From contig JAJYUZ010000003.1 of assembly GCA_021792255.1 (NCBI GenBank), positions 64,001 through 128,000 on the forward strand: a stretch of DNA of 64,000 nt, read 5' to 3'. The translations under genes and the position numbers were made by a program. Below the pieces are notes generated by a model. The model was not told the origin of the DNA. It made no database searches and saw only the letters and a program-made list of their open reading frames with translations. Positions 18,761 to 28,817 of this stretch are shown here, piece after piece (position 1 is the stretch's first letter; every line of letters starts with the position of its first letter). The stretch is from Thermoplasmata archaeon (GTDB lineage: Archaea > Thermoplasmatota > Thermoplasmata > Thermoplasmatales > GCA-001856825).

Positions 18761-21346
18761 TCATCTGTTGTGATTGGAGATCGCCTCTTCCACGTCTTTT
18801 ATAGACAAATTTTCCTTTAAAACTTTCCCCTGCGAATAAGTGTCATTCCCCCCTCCTTTGACAAATCCATTCGCTTCTAGAATGTGCATTACGTCCAGGG
18901 CTGATATTTCTGGAAAAGAAGATGCGATCCTTATCTTGTCCTTCGAGAGCACAATGCCCGATGAGGACGACAAACTCTTAGAGACCGATTCTGCAATGGA
19001 TTCACTCACTTCGATAATTTTAAGCTCTTTGTTCTTGAACTTGACCTTGGAATACTCAAATCCAGATTCAATCGCCTTCTTGGTCTCTTCCATGCTCTGG
19101 GTCAGGGATTCGAGGACCTTAATTGGGTTTTCTCCCATCTTCTCTCTCATCTCATTAAGTTGGTTGCTTTGAGCGTTTGAAAACTCAACGGCAGATTTGC
19201 CAGCAGCAAAGCTGAACCGGATTATTCCGTCCTGGATTCTTTCCACCTTCACTACCTTGATGTACCCGACTTCACCTGTGAAATCGAGGTGTGTTCCTCC
19301 GCACCCCTCTGCATCGATTCCTGGAATTTCGACGAGCCTGAGCTTGTTCCCATTCGGGATTCCTCCCTGGTACAGGGTGAACCCAAAATTCGCCTCTGCG
19401 TCGTTCCTGTTGACGAACTCCTTGTGCAGGGGGAGGTTCAGTCTTATTATCCCGTTGGCTCTCTCTTCGATCTGGAAAATTTCGTCCTGCAAAATGTCCT
19501 TGAAATGGGTAACATCAAGCCGGCTAACTCTCTCATCCTTTTGAGCGCCTGCCTGCCATATGTGTGGTCCTAGCACGTCTCTGATTGAGGAGAGTAGGAT
19601 GTGGGTAGCGGTGTGGTTCTGCATAAGCCTCCACCGCCTGTCCGTAGATACTATTCCGTGAACAGTCTGTCCTATAGAAATGCCATCAGCATCATCTACT
19701 TCGTGAATGATCGTACCATCGACTATCTTCACGGCCTTCACGTCTACCTTCTTCCCGGAGGCAATCAGTACACCTTGATCTGACGGCTGCCCACCCCCTT
19801 CCGGATAAAAGTAGGTGTCTTCCAGGACTACCGAGCTTCCCTCTAACCCTATGACCTTGCTGTTGAATTCGAATATTCTTTCGTTTTCGTAATACGCCTT
19901 CCCAGTTTCTGGGTATTTCTTCTGCAAGATGTGCTCTTTTTCTTTAGGCTCTTTCCGGATGTTGGAAAACCCTTTGTTCTTCTCAAGCTTCTCCGGAAAT
20001 TTAATTTTTAGAGCGTCACACCTCTCCTTGACATATTCGATCGGCAACCCGTTAGATTCAAAGAGGAGAAGGACGTTTTCAGCACTTATCGCTCCACCCT
20101 TCGCATATTTTTTTATCATCCCGTCGCCTTTGCTTAGGAGTTCGTCAAATCGTTCTACTTCCAGCTTGACTATCTCTCTCGCTGAACTTTCGAGCCTGGT
20201 ATCGAGGATGTCCTTGAATCTTTCCTTCTGTCGATCGATCAGATCCCACAATTCCGTTTCTATCCCCAACTTTTTTCTTGAGAGCAGGGCCCGCCTTATC
20301 AGCATCCTTAGTACGTATCCAGCTTTCGAGTTGGATGGTACCAAACCGTCGAAGAGAAGAATGGTGATAGCGCGGGTGTGGTCTGCGAGGATGTACGTGT
20401 TCGACAGCTTATCTAGACTCTTTCGCTCGTTAGCATCGAGCGATCTCATAAATTCAACTTCGGAGCCATCTTCCATTGAATATGCATTTATGAACTCCCG
20501 GAGGAAATCCGGTCTGCCGAGCTTGATCTCGTGCAACAGGTCGGTCAACATCTTGGGATAGAGGGCTTCGTAAACGGTGTCTGTCCCCTGTGACAACCAC
20601 GTGAGCCTTTCTATGCCATATCCAGTATCCACGATCCTGTTGTCCATTTTCCTGTATCTTATTCCATCTATCTCGATGTCTCCTTCGGGGGTCTCGACCA
20701 TGTCCATAAAGACCAGAGTTGCTACCTCAAGCCCCCTCAACATGACCTCGAGGGAGGAGCCAGCATTCCCTCCTCCCGCCCAAGGTTTTTCCTTGAAGAC
20801 TATCTCTTCCTTCTTTACTCCCAAGTGTTGAAGAAATTTCACAGAAAGTTCGACCGTCTTGTCCTTCCAGTAGATCTCCTTTCCGGGAAAGTTAAAGGAC
20901 TTTGCACCTCCCATCTCAAATACGGATAGGTGCCGACCGGTCTTACCCACATTATCCAGATCGACGGTCCTTATGCAAGGCTGCGAGACTACTAGAGGAT
21001 TTCCCGGCGGGGGGACCTTCCCAGAAGTCACGTGAGGCTGGAAGTCGTAGATACTAGCGTTCACTAGGTAGACGTCCTCCCTCCATCTAGCGACTATTGG
21101 GTACCTCTTTATCCTCTTGTGACCCTGCTTCTCGAAGAATGAGAGAAACTCTTCCCTCATTTCCTCTAGTGAATACTTCTTTGAGGTCGGAGGATTGCCG
21201 ATGAACGAATAAGGATCGCAGGGAATCTCACCGCACGTCTCCCTCTTTTTATCTAGAGTCCAGAAAACCTTTCCACAACGAATGCAAGTTTTCCTCTGAT
21301 AATCGTTATCCTTTAAGTATTTGATAACCTCTTCTCGAGCTGGCAC
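18761..21346 (-). CDS. alaS: Alanine--tRNA ligase (archaeal type)
   Basis: N-terminal CxxC, 'ASIYDFQP', 'DTGYGIER', 'ADHTR', editing 'HTATH...CGGTH', C-terminal 'GGG'. Confidence 0.97.
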   Translation of the reverse strand: MPAREEVIKYLKDNDYQRKTCIRCGKVFWTLDKKRETCGEIPCDPYSFIGNPPTSKKYSLEEMREEFLSFFEKQGHKRIKRYPIVARWREDVYLVNASIYDFQPHVTSGKVPPPGNPLVVSQPCIRTVDLDNVGKTGRHLSVFEMGGAKSFNFPGKEIYWKDKTVELSVKFLQHLGVKKEEIVFKEKPWAGGGNAGSSLEVMLRGLEVATLVFMDMVETPEGDIEIDGIRYRKMDNRIVDTGYGIERLTWLSQGTDTVYEALYPKMLTDLLHEIKLGRPDFLREFINAYSMEDGSEVEFMRSLDANERKSLDKLSNTYILADHTRAITILLFDGLVPSNSKAGYVLRMLIRRALLSRKKLGIETELWDLIDRQKERFKDILDTRLESSAREIVKLEVERFDELLSKGDGMIKKYAKGGAISAENVLLLFESNGLPIEYVKERCDALKIKFPEKLEKNKGFSNIRKEPKEKEHILQKKYPETGKAYYENERIFEFNSKVIGLEGSSVVLEDTYFYPEGGGQPSDQGVLIASGKKVDVKAVKIVDGTIIHEVDDADGISIGQTVHGIVSTDRRWRLMQNHTATHILLSSIRDVLGPHIWQAGAQKDERVSRLDVTHFKDILQDEIFQIEERANGIIRLNLPLHKEFVNRNDAEANFGFTLYQGGIPNGNKLRLVEIPGIDAEGCGGTHLDFTGEVGYIKVVKVERIQDGIIRFSFAAGKSAVEFSNAQSNQLNEMREKMGENPIKVLESLTQSMEETKKAIESGFEYSKVKFKNKELKIIEVSESIAESVSKSLSSSSGIVLSKDKIRIASSFPEISALDVMHILEANGFVKGGGNDTYSQGKVLKENLSIKDVEEAISNHNR

Positions 21347-21392
21347 AAGAGTGGAGGATAATCTATTTTAAATTCTTTATTCTGCTCTATTT

Positions 21393-22115
21393 GTGCTAAT
21401 CACTCTTTACAACGACAGGGAACTTTACTCCTTCTCAAACAAGGCGGGCCTAATTTATGTTAGGGAGTTAGGAAACATAGAGACCGGTAAGTTCTCCGTA
21501 TCGTCGGAGGAACTGGAGATAGGGTCGAGAAAGTTCAGGACTAGGAAATCCTCTCTTGGCGACGTTTCGTCGTCCATAGAGAGAGGGCCTCAGATAGTTC
21601 TACCCAAAGATGTGAACCAGATCGGATTTGATCTGGACTTGCCGCTCAGTTCGAAATTACTCGAGATCGGAGGAGGTGCGGGAGGCTTTTCCATACTCGC
21701 AGCCCTCATGTACAAAGTGAAGATAGTGAGTTATGAACTCGATGAACAGTACTACACACTCCTGAAGAAAAACATCAACAGGTTTGAGGTAGGCGATTTG
21801 ATAGAGGCAAAGAATAGAGATGGCAGGGAGGCAGATTTCGATGAGTATGAAAGCATATTCATAGACAACCCCGAACCTTGGAATTTTTTGGACATCAAGC
21901 TTACTGGGGCAAAGAGAATCGCATCCATTCTGCCTACCTATTCGCAGGCAGAGAATTTTTCGCGTTTCCTCATAAAAAAGAATTTTTTAGTAAGTGTTCA
22001 TCAACTCATCGACGTCCCTATCAAGCTTAGCGCGATGGGAATGAGACCCGAAACATCGTTTCTGTATCACACCGGATTCATCGTTTCGGGGGTAGGTGTT
22101 GGATTGAATGGATGA
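21393..22115 (+). CDS. trmI: tRNA (adenine-N1)-methyltransferase TrmI-like
   Basis: 'RGPQIVLPKD', SAM motif 'LEIGGGAG', 'DNPEPW', 'HTGFIV'. Confidence 0.75.
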   Translation: MLITLYNDRELYSFSNKAGLIYVRELGNIETGKFSVSSEELEIGSRKFRTRKSSLGDVSSSIERGPQIVLPKDVNQIGFDLDLPLSSKLLEIGGGAGGFSILAALMYKVKIVSYELDEQYYTLLKKNINRFEVGDLIEAKNRDGREADFDEYESIFIDNPEPWNFLDIKLTGAKRIASILPTYSQAENFSRFLIKKNFLVSVHQLIDVPIKLSAMGMRPETSFLYHTGFIVSGVGVGLNG

Positions 22116-23046
22116 GGTTAAGAAGAAGGCATTAGAGAAACAGGGGTACAAGATAGTCGGAAACCATTCCGGTGTCAAACTATGCCACTGGATGAGGCAG
22201 TCCCTGTACTACAACAGGCCATGCTACAAGCAGACTTTCTACGGAATAGAGAGCCACAAGTGCGTGCAGATGACCCCATCTGTTGACTGGTGCTCCGAAA
22301 ACTGCACTTTTTGCTGGAGGGCTCAGGGATGGGAAGGGGCAAGAATTCCTCAGGAAGATGAAGCGGAGGATATCTTGGAAGGATCGATACAAGCTCAGAG
22401 ACTATTGCTCACAGGTTTCAAGGGGGATTCGAGGACCGACATGAAGAAGTGGCTCGACGCTCAGCAACCGAAGCACATGGCAATCTCTCTTACCGGAGAA
22501 CCGACGCTTTACGGTAAACTTGACGACCTGTTGAGCGAGGCAAAGAAGAGGGGAATTTCGACCTTCGTTGTGACGAATGGAACTGATCCGACTGCACTGG
22601 AAAAATTGAAGGTCCTCCCCACTCAACTCTACGTCACTGTCGCTGCTCCAAACAAGAAGTTGTTCAATGAGATCCTGAACCCGATCTACAAGGATGGCTG
22701 GGAAAGGCTAAACCAAACTCTGGAACTTCTGCCCTCTCTGAAGACCAGGACCGTGATAAGGCACACTCTCGTCAAGTCGTTCAACCTGGGATACATCGAA
22801 GAGTATTACAGACTTGACAAGAAAGCAGATCCTGATTTCATAGAGAATAAAGGATACGTTCACGTAGGAGGCTCAAGGAGCAGACTCACCATCAACAACA
22901 TGCCTTCCCACGAAGAGATAAGGGACTTCTCCTTTAGACTGAATGGTTACCTGAACTACGATTTTGGTGGGGAGAGGCAAGACTCGAGGATAGTTCTCCT
23001 GAGCAAAGACGTGAAGAAGAACATGATAGATTTCTCTGCAGTCTGA
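22108..23046 (+). CDS. taw1: 4-demethylwyosine synthase (radical SAM) Taw1
   Basis: 'HSGVKLCHW', 'CYKQTFYGIESHKC', CxxxCxxC (CSENCTFCWR), 'ISLTGEPTLY'. Confidence 0.96.
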   Translation: MDEVKKKALEKQGYKIVGNHSGVKLCHWMRQSLYYNRPCYKQTFYGIESHKCVQMTPSVDWCSENCTFCWRAQGWEGARIPQEDEAEDILEGSIQAQRLLLTGFKGDSRTDMKKWLDAQQPKHMAISLTGEPTLYGKLDDLLSEAKKRGISTFVVTNGTDPTALEKLKVLPTQLYVTVAAPNKKLFNEILNPIYKDGWERLNQTLELLPSLKTRTVIRHTLVKSFNLGYIEEYYRLDKKADPDFIENKGYVHVGGSRSRLTINNMPSHEEIRDFSFRLNGYLNYDFGGERQDSRIVLLSKDVKKNMIDFSAV

Positions 23047-23160
23047 ATCCGAATTTGGTTGTGCAAAAATTTTATGTGGTATACTAAATAGTCTCAACTA
23101 CGCTAAAGATTTATATCGTTTCAATCATTGAACCGACAACTAAGCGCACTGATGAGGTAT

Positions 23161-24876
23161 ATGAGTTCTGAGTATGTTAAACACGAAACGGATGTTCTCA
23201 TAATAGGGGCAGGAGGGGCAGGCATGAGAGCCGCAATCGCTGCGTTCGATTCTGGATCGAGCGTGACTATTCTCTCCAAGTCTCTACTGGGAAAAGCTCA
23301 CACCGTAATGGCTGAGGGAGGAATTGCAGCAGCACTCGCAAACGTGGATTCGAAAGACAATTGGGAGGTCCATTTTGCTGATACCATTGAGGAGGGAGTC
23401 TACATCTCAAATTATAGAATGGCCGAGATACTTGCAAAAGAGGCACCGGATAGGGTCAGAGAGCTGGAGGAATATGGTGCTCTCTTTGACAGGACTCCCG
23501 ATGGCACCATAATGCAGAGAGCTTTCGGTGCACACACCTATAGGAGACTGTGTCACGTCGGTGACAGGACCGGCCTCGAGATCATCAAGACGCTCGAAGA
23601 TCAGATCCTCCACAGGGACGTGAAGTTCTTCGACGAGATGTACGTCACCAAACTCCTGAAGGATGGAGATAGGGTAGTCGGAGCCATCGGTCTCAAACTC
23701 AATAACGGAGAATTTCACGTCTTCAATGCAAAGGCAGTGATTATCGCAACGGGAGGATGCGGGAGAGTGTACAAGGTCACCTCCAACTCCTGGGAATCCA
23801 CCGGAGATGGTCTTGGACTGGCATACGACGCCGGAACAGAACTCATGGACATGGAGATGATCCAGTTCCACCCTACCGGCATGGTTTTCCCACCCGGAGT
23901 CAAGGGACTACTGGTGACGGAAGGAGTCAGAGGAGAAGGGGGAATCCTGCTCAACGCAAAGGGAGAGAGGTTTATGGAACGTTACTCTCCGAAGAAAATG
24001 GAGCTGGATGCGAGAGACGTGGTTGCAAGGGCAAATTATGCAGAGATAATGGCGGGAAGAGGTACGGTTCATGGGGGCGTCTACCTTGACATCACTCACA
24101 AGGGAGCTGACTTCGTAAAGAAAAAGTTACCGAGCATGTACAAGCAGTACATGGATTTCGCAGGCGTCGACATTACTAAGGAAAAAATGGAAGTTGCACC
24201 GACGGTGCACTACCAAATGGGAGGAATACGCGTGGATCCGGAGACGACCTCGACAAATGTCCCGGGACTCTTTTCTTCTGGAGAAGTCGCGAGCGGACTT
24301 CACGGAGCTAACAGGCTCGGTGGAAATTCTCTGGCAGACATCCTGGTGTTCGGAAGGAGGAGCGGTGAAGGATCTTCAAGTTATGCCAAGAAAGCATCTT
24401 TCGGAAAACTGGACGAACCAACGATTATGTCGGAAATCCAGAGGGTCAAATCTTTCCTCGGGAAGAGTGGAACTAACCCCTACGACGTTGCATCGAAGCT
24501 GGAGGAAAACATGAGCGAAGGCGTCGGCATAATTCGCAACGAGGAGAGTCTCAAGAAGGTACTGGACGCGATTCTGGAACTGAGGCAGTCGGCAAAGCAG
24601 GTGAAGGTTCCGGGGACCCTAAAGTACAACAAGGGACTGTTGCAGGCACTCGAACTTCCGTTCATGCTGACCGCAGCCGAAGCAATCGTAAGAGGAGCTA
24701 TCGAAAGGAAAGAGAGCAGGGGAGCGCACGCAAGGAGCGACTATCCAAAGAAGAACCCCGCATTGAGAAAGAACATAATCTATTCAAAGGGCGAGAGTGG
24801 CATGAAAGTAGTGTGGAGAGATGTTCCGGTAATGCCAGAGAATTTGAGGAAACTGGTAAAGGAGGAGGATTACTGA
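23161..24876 (+). CDS. sdhA: Succinate dehydrogenase/fumarate reductase flavoprotein, mycobacterial Sdh1 (type F)-like
   Basis: Covalent-FAD motif 'GKAHTVMAEGG', 'HVGDRTGLE', 'QFHPTG', 'HGANRLGGNSL', 'ESRGAH'. Confidence 0.93.
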   Translation: MSSEYVKHETDVLIIGAGGAGMRAAIAAFDSGSSVTILSKSLLGKAHTVMAEGGIAAALANVDSKDNWEVHFADTIEEGVYISNYRMAEILAKEAPDRVRELEEYGALFDRTPDGTIMQRAFGAHTYRRLCHVGDRTGLEIIKTLEDQILHRDVKFFDEMYVTKLLKDGDRVVGAIGLKLNNGEFHVFNAKAVIIATGGCGRVYKVTSNSWESTGDGLGLAYDAGTELMDMEMIQFHPTGMVFPPGVKGLLVTEGVRGEGGILLNAKGERFMERYSPKKMELDARDVVARANYAEIMAGRGTVHGGVYLDITHKGADFVKKKLPSMYKQYMDFAGVDITKEKMEVAPTVHYQMGGIRVDPETTSTNVPGLFSSGEVASGLHGANRLGGNSLADILVFGRRSGEGSSSYAKKASFGKLDEPTIMSEIQRVKSFLGKSGTNPYDVASKLEENMSEGVGIIRNEESLKKVLDAILELRQSAKQVKVPGTLKYNKGLLQALELPFMLTAAEAIVRGAIERKESRGAHARSDYPKKNPALRKNIIYSKGESGMKVVWRDVPVMPENLRKLVKEEDY

Positions 24877-25625
24877 TGGATACAATCACGGTGAGTGTGT
24901 ACAGGCACGATCCCTCTTCAGAAAAGGAGGGGAGATTTGTGGATTACGACGTCCCAGTCGAAGAAGGAATGGTCGTCCTGGATGCGATGAAGTACATCGA
25001 AAGGCACATAGATCCCAGCCTTTCACTGAGGTGGAATTGCATGGCAGGAAAGTGTGGTTCGTGTTCTGCAGAGATCAATTACAAACCTTCCCTAATGTGC
25101 AAGGCCAGGGTTGATTCATTCAAGGGTGCAAAGATCAGGGTCACCCCCATGGCAGCTTTCCCACTGATAAAAGATCTAGCGACTGACGTCTCCGAAAATT
25201 GGGAACTCCTGAAGAAGATCCCAAAATTCACCCCGAAAGAAGGGTTAGAGAAACCGTGGAAGATATCTCAACAGGACATAGAGAGGTCTAAGGAATTCAA
25301 GAAGTGCATCGAGTGTTTTCTGTGCCAGGACGTGTGTCACGTTATTAGAGAGCACCATTCCGGTTACTTTGGGCCACGACACGTGGTCAAGGCCGCTTCA
25401 TTGGACATGCACCCGCTCGATGCTCTCAACAGAGCTGAGTTCATGAACAAGGACGCCGGACTCGGCTACTGTAACATCACCAAGTGCTGTACAGAAGTCT
25501 GTCCGGAGGAGATTCACATAACAGATAATGCAATAATTCCCGAGAAGGAGAGAGCGGTCAACTTATTCTACGATCCTCTTGCGATTCTCGTGAGATCGAG
25601 GAGAAACAGGAGTGGGAAGAAATGA
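24876..25625 (+). CDS. sdhB: Succinate dehydrogenase iron-sulfur subunit, Sdh1 (type F)-like
   Basis: 'RWNCMAGKCGSCSAEIN', 'CIECFLCQDVCHV', 'GLGYCNITKCCTEVCP...ITDNAIIP'. TGATG overlap with sdhA. Confidence 0.92.
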   Translation: MDTITVSVYRHDPSSEKEGRFVDYDVPVEEGMVVLDAMKYIERHIDPSLSLRWNCMAGKCGSCSAEINYKPSLMCKARVDSFKGAKIRVTPMAAFPLIKDLATDVSENWELLKKIPKFTPKEGLEKPWKISQQDIERSKEFKKCIECFLCQDVCHVIREHHSGYFGPRHVVKAASLDMHPLDALNRAEFMNKDAGLGYCNITKCCTEVCPEEIHITDNAIIPEKERAVNLFYDPLAILVRSRRNRSGKK

Positions 25626-26341
25626 GGGCCGCAAGCGAATCTACTCTCAAGCACATAATACCGCCAGAATTTCTTGAACCAAACTGGAGGTTCTGGTCAT
25701 TCGTTTTCATTTCAATCCTCGGTTCGATACTGATTGTGCTGTACAAAGTCCCCGTATACGATGGACTGACTGATCCATTCTACACTCCCACTGTCTTGAT
25801 CCTCCCACTGGTGGTACTGTTCAGATTGACTTGCTATGCTTACAGGAAGGACTATCACAGGCACCTATTCCACCATCCGAACAGCTGCACTACCGATGTT
25901 CGTTTGGACACAAACAAGAGAGGATACAGCGGAGAAACTGGATTCTTTAGAATTGAGAATGCACACAGATACTTCATGTACACGGCGTGGTTCATTCTGC
26001 CGTTCTTCTATTACGATATCTATTACTCAATCGTTTACACCGGCGCAATCACCTTGAGTCTGGGAACGATAATCCTTACGGTAAATGCACTTGCTGTGAC
26101 TGCGTATACTTTCTCGTGCCACTCGGTCAGGCATTTGATCGGTGGATACAAAGACTGCGTGAACTGTCCTGCGAACAATAACAAGAAGAATTCTCTTTAC
26201 CGGTTCCAATCAAAGCTCAACGGACATCACGAACAGATAGCCTGGACAAGTCTGATTATGTTTGTGTTTGTGGATCTATTCATTAGAGGGATGATAGCTG
26301 GAATCGTTCCGAACATCATTCTCCTTCACGGAGGGCTGTAA
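25622..26341 (+). CDS. Type F SDH membrane anchor (Rv0249c-like, predicted Rieske-type [2Fe-2S])
   Basis: 'PFY', 'FRLTCYAYRK', 'YSGET', 'ENAHRYF', 'SCHSVRH', 'LNGHHEQIAW'. Translationally coupled to sdhB. Confidence 0.85.
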   Translation: MRAASESTLKHIIPPEFLEPNWRFWSFVFISILGSILIVLYKVPVYDGLTDPFYTPTVLILPLVVLFRLTCYAYRKDYHRHLFHHPNSCTTDVRLDTNKRGYSGETGFFRIENAHRYFMYTAWFILPFFYYDIYYSIVYTGAITLSLGTIILTVNALAVTAYTFSCHSVRHLIGGYKDCVNCPANNNKKNSLYRFQSKLNGHHEQIAWTSLIMFVFVDLFIRGMIAGIVPNIILLHGGL

Positions 26342-26344
26342 CCG

Positions 26345-26515
26345 ATGATGAAAATTCTGCCGACTCGTTACAAATATCCTCTCTTCTTTCTAGGGATCCT
26401 TATGATGGAAATCGCAGGAGTACTCTTCAAAGTGACAGACGTAGGAAGAGTTGGAATCGAAAGCATCGTCGTAGTAGGGTTCATAGTGTTCGCTTTTTCG
26501 ATCATTGCCACCTGA
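26345..26515 (+). CDS. Small two-TM membrane protein (56 aa)
   Basis: Own translation MMKILPTRYKYPLFFLGILMMEIAGVLFKVTDVGRVGIESIVVVGFIVFAFSIIAT*. GGAGG SD, starts 3 bp after the anchor stop. Confidence 0.7.
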   Translation: MMKILPTRYKYPLFFLGILMMEIAGVLFKVTDVGRVGIESIVVVGFIVFAFSIIAT

Positions 26516-26642
26516 TCCGGATCAGATGAGGGAGAATTTGACTATTTTTCATTAAAAATATAATTTAAGCGTACTTAATTCCATTCTTCTATAAAAACTG
26601 AGAATTTTTATAGCGTCATGAACTTCCTTATTGGAGATCTAT

Positions 26643-28358
26643 TTGGTCGAAGTCTTTGATTACGATTTAGTGATAGTAGGTTCCGGACTGGCGGGTCTTC
26701 GAGCCGCGATCGAAGCAGCCAGAATTGGCAAGGGAAAGTTACGGATTGCCATAATTGCAAAAAACCAACTGATGCGACCCCACTCTATTTCTGCAGAAGG
26801 AGGGTCTGCTGCAGTTCTCTACATGGATGAAGGTGATTCTTTCGACCTTCACGCTTACGATACGATAAAAGGGTCAGACTATTTGTGCGACCAGGACGTC
26901 GTAGAATTTTTTGTTCGGCAGTGTCCGATAGATATTCTAGAGCTTGAACACTGGGGAATTCCGTGGGCAAGGAGAAATGACGGAAGAATCGCACAACGAC
27001 CATTCGGAGGACACTCGTACCCGAGAGCGACTTTTGCAGCTGACAGGACTGGATTCTACGAAATTCACACTCTGTACGACACTCTTCTGAAATATGATAA
27101 TGTAGACAAATTTCACGAACAATTCGTGTACGATTTCCTGATCGAAAACAACAGGTTTAGAGGAGTTGTAGCGTTCGATATTCCGACCGGACAGATCCGA
27201 ATTTTCAAAGCAAGAGCTGGAATCGTTGCGACAGGTGGTCTTGGAAGACTGTATGGATACACCACCTATTCTCACCTAGTCACGGGAGATGGGTTGGCAA
27301 TAGCTCTCAGAAGAGGTATGAAACTGAAGGATATAGAATTCGTTCAGTTCCATCCAACCGGACTGGTACCATCCGGAATTCTGATCACAGAAGGAGTCAG
27401 GGGCGACGGTGGCATACTAAGGAACGCGAAAGGAGAAAGATTCATGGAAAAGTATGCGCCTACCAAGAAAGACCTCGCACCAAGGGACATCGTTTCCAGA
27501 AGTATGATGACAGAGATACTTGAAGGAAGAGGATTCAAGGGACCGGGTGGACTTGACTACCTCTTATTGGATTTCTCACCAATTGGTGCCGAGAAGATAA
27601 AGGAAAAACTCTCTCAAGTAAGGGAAATAGGGGCCCACTACGTCGGGATAGATCCCCTAGATTCGCCGCTTCCCGTTAGACCTTCTGCACACTACACAAT
27701 GGGTGGAATAGACGTGACTCATACTGGATTCACTGGAGTCACCGGTCTGTGGGCAGCAGGCGAGACCGCGTGCCTTTCCATTCACGGATCGAACAGACTC
27801 GGTGCGAATTCCACCAGCGAGTGCGTCGTCTTCGGAAAGGTTGCAGGTGAAGATTCAGCAAAGTGGCTCTTGACCAATAGCAACTCGGTCGATCTTTCAG
27901 AAGGGGACAAAAAATATGCGGAGAATTTTCTTGCCGACGCTTACAGAGACAAAGGAGACTACGATCCATACGAGATAAAGAGAGAGTTGTGGACAACGAT
28001 GGACAAGGACGCATACGTTTTCAGAAACGAAAATGGACTTACTGAGGGATTGAAAATTATTCGGGGTTTAATCGAGAAGAGTGGAAAAATATCGATCTCA
28101 GAGAAGGGGAATGTGTACAACCAGAATCTGATCGCATCCTTAGAAATGAAAAATCTCGTCGAGCTTGCGGAAGTAGTGGTGAAGGGTGCTCTCGAGAGAA
28201 AAGAGAGCAGGGGCTCTCACTTCAGAACCGACTATCCAACGAGGGATGACGACAATTACCTCAAGCACACAATTGCCCGGAGAGCGGATGGTGCATTGAA
28301 TATCAGTTACGTTCCAGTCACGTTAACAAAGTGGAAACCGGAACCGAGGGTATATTGA
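26643..28358 (+). CDS. sdhA: Succinate dehydrogenase flavoprotein (second, archaeal heme-b type complex)
   Basis: '[11 protein letters not shown]', 'QFHPTG', 'HYTMGG', '[10 protein letters not shown]', ends 'EPRVY'. TTG start after GGAG. Confidence 0.95.
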   Translation: MVEVFDYDLVIVGSGLAGLRAAIEAARIGKGKLRIAIIAKNQLMRPHSISAEGGSAAVLYMDEGDSFDLHAYDTIKGSDYLCDQDVVEFFVRQCPIDILELEHWGIPWARRNDGRIAQRPFGGHSYPRATFAADRTGFYEIHTLYDTLLKYDNVDKFHEQFVYDFLIENNRFRGVVAFDIPTGQIRIFKARAGIVATGGLGRLYGYTTYSHLVTGDGLAIALRRGMKLKDIEFVQFHPTGLVPSGILITEGVRGDGGILRNAKGERFMEKYAPTKKDLAPRDIVSRSMMTEILEGRGFKGPGGLDYLLLDFSPIGAEKIKEKLSQVREIGAHYVGIDPLDSPLPVRPSAHYTMGGIDVTHTGFTGVTGLWAAGETACLSIHGSNRLGANSTSECVVFGKVAGEDSAKWLLTNSNSVDLSEGDKKYAENFLADAYRDKGDYDPYEIKRELWTTMDKDAYVFRNENGLTEGLKIIRGLIEKSGKISISEKGNVYNQNLIASLEMKNLVELAEVVVKGALERKESRGSHFRTDYPTRDDDNYLKHTIARRADGALNISYVPVTLTKWKPEPRVY

Positions 28359-28367
28359 GGTGAAAAG

Positions 28368-28817
28368 ATGACGATCGAAAATAAGAAAGGGTGGATTTCG
28401 TGGTTCAACCCGTTCAAGTACGGGACGGACAGGTGGATGTACGCCCTCCACAGACTCACCGGAATCGTGCTTGGAGTTTACCTGATGTTCCACGTAGTAG
28501 AGACCTCTAGAATCCTGGAAGGTGCTGTTACCTGGAACAGCCTAATGGTCTGGCTCGATTATCCTTTTGGTCCTCACTTCGGTCCGTTGATACTCTCCGC
28601 AGTTCTGCTGGCAGCCGTATATCACGCACTTAATGGCCTGCGCCTTACGATAGTCGAGAACGGTCTGATGCTTCCGAAACCTTACAGGCCGGAATATCCT
28701 TACAAGCCCAGATCACTAAGAGGATTGAACAATTTCCTAAAGATCTTCCTCGGATTCTTCATGATCGCAATCAGTGCAGTCGGCATAATCTACATCTTTA
28801 CGGGGGCGATTCTGTGA
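28368..28817 (+). CDS. sdhC: Succinate dehydrogenase cytochrome b subunit C
   Basis: 'LHRLTG', 'FHVV', 'YHALNGLR' heme-ligand motifs, 3 TM. Confidence 0.9.
   Translation: MTIENKKGWISWFNPFKYGTDRWMYALHRLTGIVLGVYLMFHVVETSRILEGAVTWNSLMVWLDYPFGPHFGPLILSAVLLAAVYHALNGLRLTIVENGLMLPKPYRPEYPYKPRSLRGLNNFLKIFLGFFMIAISAVGIIYIFTGAIL

Noticed and set aside
23161-25625. Methanogen thiol:fumarate reductase or L-aspartate oxidase
   Set aside because: The FeS subunit has no CCG domains, a membrane anchor follows, and the covalent-FAD His is present.
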